Source: Patescibacteria group bacterium
GTDB lineage: Bacteria; Patescibacteriota; Microgenomatia; UBA1400; PJMF01
Assembly (NCBI GenBank): GCA_016861085.1
Contig: BOKR01000001.1
Span: forward strand, 761,696-825,695
Reading direction: 5' to 3'
Length of the DNA stretch: 64,000 bases
The notes beneath the pieces are model-generated. The model was not told the DNA's origin. It was given only the letters and a program-made list of their open reading frames with translations, and did not search any database. Each line of letters starts with the position of its first letter. The stretch's first letter is position 1. Both the position numbers and the translations under genes were made by a program. Of the stretch, positions 39,460 through 48,383 are shown one piece after another.

Positions 39460-40737
39460 CTACTCTTCGTTACCTCTTAAAAGCATTGTATCGACAACCT
39501 TTTTGACTGCGCTCATATAGGTCGCGACACGCGACGTAACTTTGGTATCATTTTTTAATTGCCACATTCTATCAGTGGCTTCGTCCATCAGACCTTTGAG
39601 TCTTTCAAGAACTAATTCTTTTTCCCAATAGTAACCCTGCAAATTTTGTACCCACTCAAAGTAAGAAACCGTTACCCCACCAGCATTTGCCAGAACGTCT
39701 GGAATAACAGTAATACCTTTTTTAGCTAAAATTTCGTCAGCCTCCGGAGTGGTTGGACCATTTGCCATTTCAAGCACTAACTGCGCTTTTACTTTTCCTG
39801 CATTCTCTTTTGTCAAAACATTCTCAAGGGCCGCTGGCACTAATACGTCAACGTCTAGCTCTAATAATTCAGCATTTGTAATCTGCTTGCCTTTGTATGA
39901 GCCAACTGTTCCACCTGCTTCTTTGTGCGCTAATACTTTTTCTGGATCCAAGCCGGCAGCACTATATATTCCGCCCCTTGAGTCTGATAACGCCACAACT
40001 TTATACCCTGCCTTATTGGCAAAGTATGCAAACCAGTACCCAACATTGCCAAACCCTTGCACTGCAATCGTTGCGCCTTTTTTAAGTTTCATCTTCTTGG
40101 CTAAGTTCTCAAATACATAAAACCCACCTAAGCCAGTCGCTTCAGTTCTGCCTTTAGAGCCACCAAGTAATAATGGTTTTCCAGTAAATGTAGCGATTGG
40201 ATTTTCAACCAACGTTTTGTATCGCTTTTTGGCTGCGGTTTCATACTCATCAACCATCCAAGCCATAATTTGCCCATCAGTGTTCACGTCTGGAGCTGGA
40301 ATATCGGTCCAAGGCCCAATGTGAGGTGCAACAAATAGTGCATATGCCCTTGATAAGCGTTGTAACTCTCCCTGTGATAACTTTTTTGGGTCAACAATCA
40401 CACCACCTTTGCCACCACCATAGGGGATCCCTGTGACACTACACTTCCAGGTCATCCATGTAGAAAGTGCCATAACTTCTTCTTTGGTAACATTCTGATG
40501 AAATCGGATTCCACCTTTATAGGGACCAACCGCATTATTATGCTGTGAACGATACGCTTGGAAAGTTTTAACTTTCCCGTCATCCATTCTGATTCTCAGC
40601 TTGCCTTCTATAACTCTGTCCGGAGTCTTTAATTGATCAATTGCAGCATCAAAAGATTCTTTGTCTTCATAACTCTGCCGTAATACTGCAGCTACAGTTT
40701 CAAGTTGTGTAATTGCATTTTGATGAGGATTACTCAT
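39460..40737 (-). CDS. gdhA: Glu/Leu/Phe/Val dehydrogenase (glutamate dehydrogenase)
   Basis: GPYKGGIRF, GGGKGG, PAPDV and GFGNVG motifs. Confidence 0.92.
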   Translation of the reverse strand: MSNPHQNAITQLETVAAVLRQSYEDKESFDAAIDQLKTPDRVIEGKLRIRMDDGKVKTFQAYRSQHNNAVGPYKGGIRFHQNVTKEEVMALSTWMTWKCSVTGIPYGGGKGGVIVDPKKLSQGELQRLSRAYALFVAPHIGPWTDIPAPDVNTDGQIMAWMVDEYETAAKKRYKTLVENPIATFTGKPLLLGGSKGRTEATGLGGFYVFENLAKKMKLKKGATIAVQGFGNVGYWFAYFANKAGYKVVALSDSRGGIYSAAGLDPEKVLAHKEAGGTVGSYKGKQITNAELLELDVDVLVPAALENVLTKENAGKVKAQLVLEMANGPTTPEADEILAKKGITVIPDVLANAGGVTVSYFEWVQNLQGYYWEKELVLERLKGLMDEATDRMWQLKNDTKVTSRVATYMSAVKKVVDTMLLRGNEE

Positions 40738-40877
40738 GTATTCTCCTTTACTTGTCTGTATGATGTAAAAATATCATACTTTTTCATACCTTTTCAAGTA
40801 CCACTTTATGTTCCAAAAATCAGGCCGCCAAATATCATGACGAGATACTAGATTTTCATTCAAACTTGTACGAACTA

Positions 40878-41942
40878 TTACTCTTGCGTTTCAAGCCACC
40901 GCTCGGCATCTAGCGCAGCGCTACATCCTTGTCCTGCAGCCGTAATTGCCTGTTTGTAGCGCACATCAACTCCGTCACCAGCTGCAAACACTCCTTCAAC
41001 CGAGGTCATGGTTGGGAATGATACTAAGCCATCCTCTGAAAGAGCTTTACCTGCCAATTCCACACCTTGAATGGTGCCACTTTGTCTGGTTACCACATAC
41101 CCTTTAGTATCCATCTCAACTTGATTAGTGAAGATAAGATTCATAGGTCTGTGGCCAATCGCCATAAAAACTCCCTGTGCATCATATTCTTTTTTCTCAC
41201 CATTCTCGATAACTGAAACTTTTTCTACAGATTTTGTACCCATAATCTGTTCAAGCGTTGTGCTCCAATGGACCGTAATTTTTGGATTATGCAGTACGCG
41301 CTCTTGCATAATTTTGCTTGCTTTAAATGAATCGCGTCTGTGCAAAATATGTACTTCAGTAGCAAATTTTGTGAGAGCCATTGAATCTTCCATAGCAGAA
41401 TCACCACCGCCAACCACAAAGACTTTCTTGTCTTTGAAAAATGCGGCATCACACACAGCACAAGCACTCACGCCTCTTGACCAAAATTCTTGTTCACCAG
41501 GAATTCCAAGGGTAATTGGAGATGCGCCTGTAGCAATAATAACTGCTTTGGCCATGAGTGCAGGCTCAGATTGCTTCACTTTTTGTGTAAAATCTGCAAT
41601 TTCTTCAGGCTTAAGTTTGCCAAATTGTTGTGGATCAAATCCTTCTGGGAAGTTTGTCCAAACCTTAAAAGGACGTTCACTGAAATCAACCGCAGTTATA
41701 TACTCATCTTTGATCACTGTGCCAAACTTTTCTGCTTGGGCACGCATGCCGATCATAAGATCTGGCCCCATGATACCGTTTGGAAAACCAGCAAAATTTT
41801 CAACGTCTGTAGTATTCATGAGTTGCCCACCACTTGCAAAACCACCGTACAAAACGGGGGCTAGTTTTGCTCTCGAATTGTAAATTGCCGCAGAATACCC
41901 CGCCGGACCAGAACCAATAATGACTACAGTTGCAGTTTCCAT
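40878..41942 (-). CDS. trxB: Thioredoxin reductase
   Basis: GSGPAG, CAVCD, GGGDSA, HRRD and QAITAAG motifs. Confidence 0.95.
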   Translation of the reverse strand: METATVVIIGSGPAGYSAAIYNSRAKLAPVLYGGFASGGQLMNTTDVENFAGFPNGIMGPDLMIGMRAQAEKFGTVIKDEYITAVDFSERPFKVWTNFPEGFDPQQFGKLKPEEIADFTQKVKQSEPALMAKAVIIATGASPITLGIPGEQEFWSRGVSACAVCDAAFFKDKKVFVVGGGDSAMEDSMALTKFATEVHILHRRDSFKASKIMQERVLHNPKITVHWSTTLEQIMGTKSVEKVSVIENGEKKEYDAQGVFMAIGHRPMNLIFTNQVEMDTKGYVVTRQSGTIQGVELAGKALSEDGLVSFPTMTSVEGVFAAGDGVDVRYKQAITAAGQGCSAALDAERWLETQE

Positions 41943-41950
41943 ATATTCCT

Positions 41951-42301
41951 TTATTCTTCCATTGCTCCTTCAAGCATACTTACATATCCTTGTTTGCCTG
42001 CAAAACCAATTTTTCTATCAACTTCTTCACCGTTCACAAAGACTATAACTGTTGGAATTGACATCACTCCGTATGTTGCTGCCAATGAGTTTTCTGCGTC
42101 AACGTCAACTTTTGCGATCACTGCTTTGTCAGCATATTCACCAGCTAATTCCTCGATCACAGGAGCAGCCATCTTGCATGGACCACACCATTCTGCAAAA
42201 AAATCAACTAAAACTGGTTTTTGTCCGGCTGCTTTGAGCGTTTGATCAAAATCAGCTTGGGATAGGTGCAGTGCACCTGGTTTTTGAGCATTGTCTGCCA
42301 T
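41951..42301 (-). CDS. trxA: Thioredoxin
   Basis: WCGPC; start at MADNAQ after GGAGA. Confidence 0.95.
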   Translation of the reverse strand: MADNAQKPGALHLSQADFDQTLKAAGQKPVLVDFFAEWCGPCKMAAPVIEELAGEYADKAVIAKVDVDAENSLAATYGVMSIPTVIVFVNGEEVDRKIGFAGKQGYVSMLEGAMEE

Positions 42302-42389
42302 ATATTCTCCTTTTATATTTCCTATTATTACTACTTTTAATTCGCAAATCAAACCAAATGTGTTTTTTTAGGTTTACTAGCTTTCCGTT

Positions 42390-42638
42390 TTAATATCGAA
42401 AAATTTCCTTCAAAATTTCATTCAGTTCATCTGCCTTGCGCTCTTTTGTACATCGAGTTGCTTCACTTGAGAGTAGAGATTTTGCTACGCTGCCCAGTGA
42501 ACTGCGTGCAGCAATTACCTGGCGAACAATATCCACACAAGTTCGCTCATCTTCATACATACTAATGATTCCGTCAATTTGACCGCGAATCCGTTTTAGT
42601 TGGGTTAGGACTGTATCTTTTTTTTCATCATTTTGCAT
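42390..42638 (-). CDS. CsoR/RcnR/CstR-family repressor
   Basis: LKRIRGQIDGI...C.DI..Q..A; second Cys retained, His position replaced. Confidence 0.88.
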   Translation of the reverse strand: MQNDEKKDTVLTQLKRIRGQIDGIISMYEDERTCVDIVRQVIAARSSLGSVAKSLLSSEATRCTKERKADELNEILKEIFRY

Positions 42639-42701
42639 ATTGGTTTTTTGTATCAGCGGGATTATATTTTGAGTGGTGTTGATTCCCGCGTTCTGTGTTT
42701 T

Positions 42702-42724
42702 AATATACCCCCAGGGGGTATATT
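42702..42724. promoter_or_regulatory. CsoR-family operator
   Basis: Perfect palindrome AATATACCCCC-A-GGGGGTATATT upstream of the repressor gene. Confidence 0.85.
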
Positions 42725-42739
42725 TGTAAAGGGGGAAAT

Positions 42740-44566
42740 TTAGCCAAGTTTCTCTTTTGCATTCAAATCTGCAAGTGCTCTGAGCAACTCATCGTGCTCT
42801 GCTTGTTCTGCTTGGGTGAGATGTTGTTTTTCATCTAAGACTGAGATTGCATCAATCAATGTTTTTTTCTCATCTACAATTGTAAGTTTTTTGAGTTTTT
42901 TGATGCTCCCAAGCCATTCAGTTTGTAAGTCAATCTCTTCTATACCGGAAATAAATTCTTGGTTGGCATGTATTTCAAATAGAGTTTCTTGAATATCAGC
43001 TGGAAGTGACGCAGCAAACTTTTTAAGCTCAAATACACCTTGATGCTCGTCTAGAGCTCTCAGAATTTGTTTTAATCCAGGAGTTACAAACACAATCTCA
43101 TTGCTATGCAAACTACGCACGTGTTCAAAAATTTGCGTATTTTCAGTTTGAAACAACAAAAACATAACGTACTTTTCTAGCCGTTCTCTAGCTGTTTCTT
43201 TCTGCGGAGTTTGAGCAGTTTTTGGCTCGGTTGCGGTCGTATTTGTCGTACTCATTTTAGAACTTGCGTTAACCCCACCAATCCTTTTTTTATTCTTAAA
43301 TTGTGCAATATCCGCCTTGACACTCTCTAGTTTTACACCCAATTTTTCTGCAATTTCGCGGCTATAATGTTCAAGTTCAACTGCATGTTCAATTTCTGAT
43401 AGCACAGGCAGCAATTCGCGCATTATTGCTTTCTTGCCCTCTGGTGTTTCATGGTTATGTTGTTGAAACGCCACTTTAATCAAAAATTCATGTGCAGTGA
43501 CTGATTGTTTTACAGCCTCACGCCATAGTTTTGGATCTGTTTTGATTAATTCATCAGGGTCTTTACCACCTGGAATAATAATGACTCGCAATTCAAGTTC
43601 GGTTAATTTGAGCGCATCAATAGCTTTTTTTGTAGCCGCCACACCTGCACTATCAGTGTCAAGCGAAAGTAACACTTTTGTAACCGTTCTTTCTAACAGT
43701 TTAGCGTGATCTTGCGTCAGGGCTGAACCTTTAATAGCCACAATCGAATTCATGTGGGCTTGCGTTGAAGAAACCACATCAAATTCACCCTCAACAACGA
43801 CAACAAATCCTGCCTTGCGAATTTCTTGGTAAAGTTCAGAAAACCCAAAGAGCATTTTGCTTTTGTGATACAACATTGTTTCTGGAGAGTTAATGTACTT
43901 AGCATCTTTTTCATCTCCAAGAATTTTTCGACCAGAAAATCCGACCACTCTACCTCTGTGATCTTTGAGAGGAAAAATGATTCGGCCGCGAAACCGGTCA
44001 TAGTATTTACCGTTTCTGCCTTGAATGATCAAACCTGCTTGTTCTAACAACAGCAAACTGTATTTTTTCTTCTTATGTAAAAAGGTAAGCAAGCCTTCCC
44101 ATTGGTCAAGAGCATAGCCCATTTGGAACAAGTTGATAGATTCTTTAGTAACTCTTCGCTCTTTGAGATATTCACGGGCTACTTCTCCTGCTTTATGTTC
44201 TGTCAATAAATAGTGATAGTACTGCTTTGCTAGGCTTAACACCTCTAGAATCTGCTCACGAACGGTATCGTCTTTTGATTTTGTGAATTTTTGCAGTGTA
44301 ATTCCAGCCCGATTTGCAAGTTCTTCTAAAGCCTCGCTAAAGCTCATGCCCTCATATTTTTCTAAAAAAGTAATAACATCACCTGACTCACCACAACCAA
44401 AACATTTGTAACGCTGGAGTGCGTCGTCGACAAAAAAAGAAGGACTTCTCTCTGAATGAAATGGACAATTGGCTTTAAAATATTTTCCTGATCGCTGCAA
44501 ACTCACCTTGGCACCGATGACAGAAACAATATCAGTTGCTTCCTTGACCTCTTGTACTTGCGACAT
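42740..44566 (-). CDS. dnaG: DNA primase
   Basis: CPFH...CFGC zinc finger, KYINSPET and EGEFD TOPRIM motifs. Confidence 0.97.
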   Translation of the reverse strand: MSQVQEVKEATDIVSVIGAKVSLQRSGKYFKANCPFHSERSPSFFVDDALQRYKCFGCGESGDVITFLEKYEGMSFSEALEELANRAGITLQKFTKSKDDTVREQILEVLSLAKQYYHYLLTEHKAGEVAREYLKERRVTKESINLFQMGYALDQWEGLLTFLHKKKKYSLLLLEQAGLIIQGRNGKYYDRFRGRIIFPLKDHRGRVVGFSGRKILGDEKDAKYINSPETMLYHKSKMLFGFSELYQEIRKAGFVVVVEGEFDVVSSTQAHMNSIVAIKGSALTQDHAKLLERTVTKVLLSLDTDSAGVAATKKAIDALKLTELELRVIIIPGGKDPDELIKTDPKLWREAVKQSVTAHEFLIKVAFQQHNHETPEGKKAIMRELLPVLSEIEHAVELEHYSREIAEKLGVKLESVKADIAQFKNKKRIGGVNASSKMSTTNTTATEPKTAQTPQKETARERLEKYVMFLLFQTENTQIFEHVRSLHSNEIVFVTPGLKQILRALDEHQGVFELKKFAASLPADIQETLFEIHANQEFISGIEEIDLQTEWLGSIKKLKKLTIVDEKKTLIDAISVLDEKQHLTQAEQAEHDELLRALADLNAKEKLG

Positions 44567-44605
44567 AATTACCCTAATTTTAACCAAAACTTTTGAAATT
44601 TAGTA

Positions 44606-46273
44606 GTGGGAGTTGATCTGGCGACATTGTATAGTATAACCGTGACAAAAACGCACTTAAAATTATTTTGGCCGATCATCTTGTTGTTGCTCTACTTTAG
44701 CTCTTTTTATTTGGTATACATTAACTTATTCAATTCTGATATTGGCCGGCATATTGCCAATGGACGAGTGATATGGGACAACCTTAAATCTGGTTCATTA
44801 CATTCTCCTGCGAGTGTTTTAACCACAAACTTTTATTCATTTACACAGACAGACTTTCCAACTATTAACCATCATTGGTTCTTTGGAATTTTTGCTTATT
44901 TTCTGCACATAGTTGGAGGGTTTGAATTATTAACATGGTTTAATTGGCTACTAAATACTGCAGCGTTTGCTTTGATTCTGGCCACGGCAATAGCCACTTT
45001 GCAACAAAAAAGTAAGGTTGGAATTGTGTTTGTTGCAATAATTGGTTTTTTTCTAATGCCGTTGTTGACACATCGAGATGAAGTAAGACCTGAATCAATC
45101 AGTTTACTGTTTTTTTCATTGTATTATTTCTTGTTTAGTAGTGGCCTCATTCTGAAAAAGAAGTGGCTGTTTGCAATCATACTTGGGATTCAAATCATTT
45201 GGGTAAATAGTCACTTATTTTTTATTTTGGGACCATTGTTGGCTGGGTATTTTTTATTCGAAAGAGTTTTAACTCTCCTGTTTGGAAACAGTAAAAACAG
45301 AGTAAGACTACTTTTTACTGACAAAAAAATACGACTTTGGTTTGCTCTCACTTTTGGATTATTTGCTGTGAGCATTGTCAACCCAAATGGACTTGCCGGT
45401 GCACTTGCACCACTACAAATTTTCAACAACTATGCATACAGAGTGGCAGAAAATCAATCAACTTTTTTTATGATCAAGTATGGAGCCAATGTGTTGTTGT
45501 ATTCATATTTTATAGCAATCAGCTTTATAGCTTTATTGCTGACACTTTGCACTCTAAGAAATAAAGAAGTACCTCTAGGAAAAAGAATTGCACAATTGCT
45601 TTTATTGACACCATTTATTTTTCTCGCCAATAAGATAAATAGAATGTCACCCTTTTTTGCAGTTCTTGTAATTCCATTTATCGTGCAGGTTTGCCATAAA
45701 TTTATCAACCACCTCTATGAAAAACACAAACAAAAATTTCAAGATTCTATTTTTATTATGGGAGGTTCAACTGTAACCTGTATTGTTCTGATACTTGTAC
45801 TTAAACTTGGATTTTTTGTTCCTCACATTTCAATGATAGGCGCTGGAGTACTTTCTGATACGTACATCCCCGCACATTTTTTTTTAGAAAATAATTTGCA
45901 TGGTCCAGTTTTTAATAATTATGACATTGGAGGGTACCTTGCATACAATCTTTTTCCAAAAGAAAAATTATTTTTAGATAACCGACCTGAGGCCTATGCA
46001 GGTGAATTTTTAACAGACGAATATTTAGCAGCACTCAAAGATGAAGCTGTGTGGAAAAGTCTTGTGCAAAAATATCAACTAAATGTCATTTTTTTCTTGA
46101 GGCATGACCAAATTGATGGCGCTCAACAATTTTTGTACAACCGAGTGACTGATCCGGAATGGGTGCCAGTATTTGTTGATGATTTTGTGTTAATTTTAGT
46201 CAAAAACTCTGAACAAAATAAATCAGTTATAGATAGATACAAACTTCCCCAAGAATTGTTTGTGATGAGATAG
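44606..46273 (+). CDS. Multi-TM membrane protein, GT-C-like
   Basis: SDIGRHIANG, RPE, WVNSH and FLDNRPEAY motifs; probable start is GTG at 44642. Confidence 0.6.
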   Translation: MGVDLATLYSITVTKTHLKLFWPIILLLLYFSSFYLVYINLFNSDIGRHIANGRVIWDNLKSGSLHSPASVLTTNFYSFTQTDFPTINHHWFFGIFAYFLHIVGGFELLTWFNWLLNTAAFALILATAIATLQQKSKVGIVFVAIIGFFLMPLLTHRDEVRPESISLLFFSLYYFLFSSGLILKKKWLFAIILGIQIIWVNSHLFFILGPLLAGYFLFERVLTLLFGNSKNRVRLLFTDKKIRLWFALTFGLFAVSIVNPNGLAGALAPLQIFNNYAYRVAENQSTFFMIKYGANVLLYSYFIAISFIALLLTLCTLRNKEVPLGKRIAQLLLLTPFIFLANKINRMSPFFAVLVIPFIVQVCHKFINHLYEKHKQKFQDSIFIMGGSTVTCIVLILVLKLGFFVPHISMIGAGVLSDTYIPAHFFLENNLHGPVFNNYDIGGYLAYNLFPKEKLFLDNRPEAYAGEFLTDEYLAALKDEAVWKSLVQKYQLNVIFFLRHDQIDGAQQFLYNRVTDPEWVPVFVDDFVLILVKNSEQNKSVIDRYKLPQELFVMR

Positions 46274-46313
46274 GTTACAGTTTACGTAAGTTTTCAGCGT
46301 TATATTTGGTTTT

Positions 46314-46688
46314 ATGATAGTCAAACCAAATGATGTGCTTTCTAAAATAGAAACTGAGAGAAATGGCACGCAAAATATTTCTTGTATCTTTTTTTTAAAC
46401 GAACAGAAAGAAATTCTCAGTATCCATCGACAAATTTTTTTTGAAACAGCACAATTAAAAGTAAGTGATATTTTTATTCCGGCTTTTTATCTTTCGGCAA
46501 AAAACATTGTTCTTGTATATATAAAAAATAAAGAAAAAACTGTGTTACCAACTTTGTATGAAATCAATTTTACAAAAAAAATAATGACTGCAGGAAAATT
46601 TTTGAATGTTCAACTACTAGACCATTTAATCGTAACAAAAAATGAGTATTACTCCTTTCATAAAAGTAAGGTTATTTCACCCTTTTGA
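46314..46688 (+). CDS. RadC-like JAB domain protein, degenerate metal site
   Basis: LLDHLIV...YYSF retained, HNHPS replaced by YIKNK. Confidence 0.65.
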   Translation: MIVKPNDVLSKIETERNGTQNISCIFFLNEQKEILSIHRQIFFETAQLKVSDIFIPAFYLSAKNIVLVYIKNKEKTVLPTLYEINFTKKIMTAGKFLNVQLLDHLIVTKNEYYSFHKSKVISPF

Positions 46689-48375
46689 AGAGTTGATCTA
46701 AATACATAACATCCAACTCCACTTCAACTGGCCTACCATGTGGACAAGTATACTTTCCTTCAGTTTGCTGCAATTTTTCTAGCAAACGTTTTCTTTGTTT
46801 TGGAGTCAATTTCTCTCCGGATTTGATTGCGGTTCTACATGCAAGGTATGCCAGAGTCCGATGCGTTCCAACATCCAGCTCTTTAGGATTTTTGTTCTCA
46901 ACACTATCATGTAAAATTTCTTGAATTAATCTTTTGATGTTTCTTGTTTTAAAGACCTTTGGAATTTGTTTCACTAAAAAATTAGTTTGATCTTTTTTTT
47001 TCTGACTTATTTCTTCTGTAATAACGAATCCCAATTTACTAAACACGGCAAGTTCCGTTTTTAAAAATTCTGCCTCTGCAACTGGGAGTTCAACTCTAAT
47101 CGGTTCCGATAAAACAATTGCATCATTTCTTTCTTTTTCAAATTTTTCTAAGAATTCTTGATACAAAATTCTTTCGTGGGCTGCATGTTGATCCACAATT
47201 AAAACACCACGCTTTGTTTGTGTTACCAAATACAAATTATGTATTTGTAAAACTTCAGCTCCAGTAGCAAGTTCAACATCTTTAATATTCCATCCATCGC
47301 CTGATTCTTTTACCAATTTTGCAATACCAGGATCCATTAAAAACTCATCATAAAATCCATTATTGCCACGCTGTTCGTACGTTAAATTTGCCTGTTCAAG
47401 TACAGATCTAATTGCACTGTTTAGTTCTTTTATAATTTCAGTTTCTATCAAAAATTTTATCCTTGTTTTTTGAGGGTCAACATTAATATCTATCAATTCT
47501 GGGTTCAAGTGTATGTTAAATAAAAAAGCGGGATAGCTTCTGGGTTCTAGCAAAGTTGAAAAAGTTTCTTTAACAATCTGGGAAATCTCTTTACTCAGCA
47601 CACTTCTCTTATTTACAAATAAAAACTGCCTCAGCTGTGATTGTGTACCAATTTGTGGCTTGCCCACAAAACCAGATAGAAAAAAATGGTCAGACTGTAT
47701 GCTAAGTGGTAATAGATTTTCGGCAATATGATCAGAGAGTAGGTGTGCCACTCGCTCCAGGATAGTTTGATCGGACGGAAGTTCCAAAACAATTTTTTTG
47801 TTATGACTTACAGTAAAACTAATCTGAGGATTTGCGAGTGCGATCTCAGTAATCACTTGCAAACAATGTGCTAATTCAGTAGTGTCAGATTTTAGAAATT
47901 TTTTGCGAGCGGGAATAACTGCAAACAATCCAGAAACTGTAACTCTAGTTCCCGTAGGCATTCCAACCGAACCAGTTTTTGTAATTATCCCACGTTCAAC
48001 TTCAATATATTTTCCGGCGAGAGATCCTGGGAGTTTAGATTCAATTCTAACCTGTGCAACAGCACACATACTCGAAAGCGCTTCACCTCTAAACCCAAAT
48101 GTCTGAATTGCGAGTAAGTCAGAAATATCAGAAATTTTACTGGTGGCGTGATGCAAAAAACACAAAGAGAGATCTTCTTGTGACATCCCAATTCCATCAT
48201 CTACAACCACAATTTTCTTTTTTCCAGCTGATTCAAGCTCAATGCGTATATGTTTTGCACCGGCGTCCAGTGAGTTTTCAATGAGTTCTTTCACCACACT
48301 CGCTGGACGCTCAACTACTTGCCCTGCTGCAATTCTCGCAATTAGTTCCTGTGGTAGTTTTTGTATCTGTGCCAT
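46672..48375 (-). CDS. mutL: DNA mismatch repair endonuclease MutL
   Basis: GFRGEAL, DQHAAHER and CPHGRP motifs. Confidence 0.97.
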   Translation of the reverse strand: MAQIQKLPQELIARIAAGQVVERPASVVKELIENSLDAGAKHIRIELESAGKKKIVVVDDGIGMSQEDLSLCFLHHATSKISDISDLLAIQTFGFRGEALSSMCAVAQVRIESKLPGSLAGKYIEVERGIITKTGSVGMPTGTRVTVSGLFAVIPARKKFLKSDTTELAHCLQVITEIALANPQISFTVSHNKKIVLELPSDQTILERVAHLLSDHIAENLLPLSIQSDHFFLSGFVGKPQIGTQSQLRQFLFVNKRSVLSKEISQIVKETFSTLLEPRSYPAFLFNIHLNPELIDINVDPQKTRIKFLIETEIIKELNSAIRSVLEQANLTYEQRGNNGFYDEFLMDPGIAKLVKESGDGWNIKDVELATGAEVLQIHNLYLVTQTKRGVLIVDQHAAHERILYQEFLEKFEKERNDAIVLSEPIRVELPVAEAEFLKTELAVFSKLGFVITEEISQKKKDQTNFLVKQIPKVFKTRNIKRLIQEILHDSVENKNPKELDVGTHRTLAYLACRTAIKSGEKLTPKQRKRLLEKLQQTEGKYTCPHGRPVEVELDVMYLDQLFKRVK

Positions 48376-48383
48376 ATGTTTTT

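Noticed and set aside
41128-41883. Long antisense ORFs opposite trxB, rpoD, mutS and other genes
   Set aside because: Mirror frames of well-supported genes with no motifs of their own
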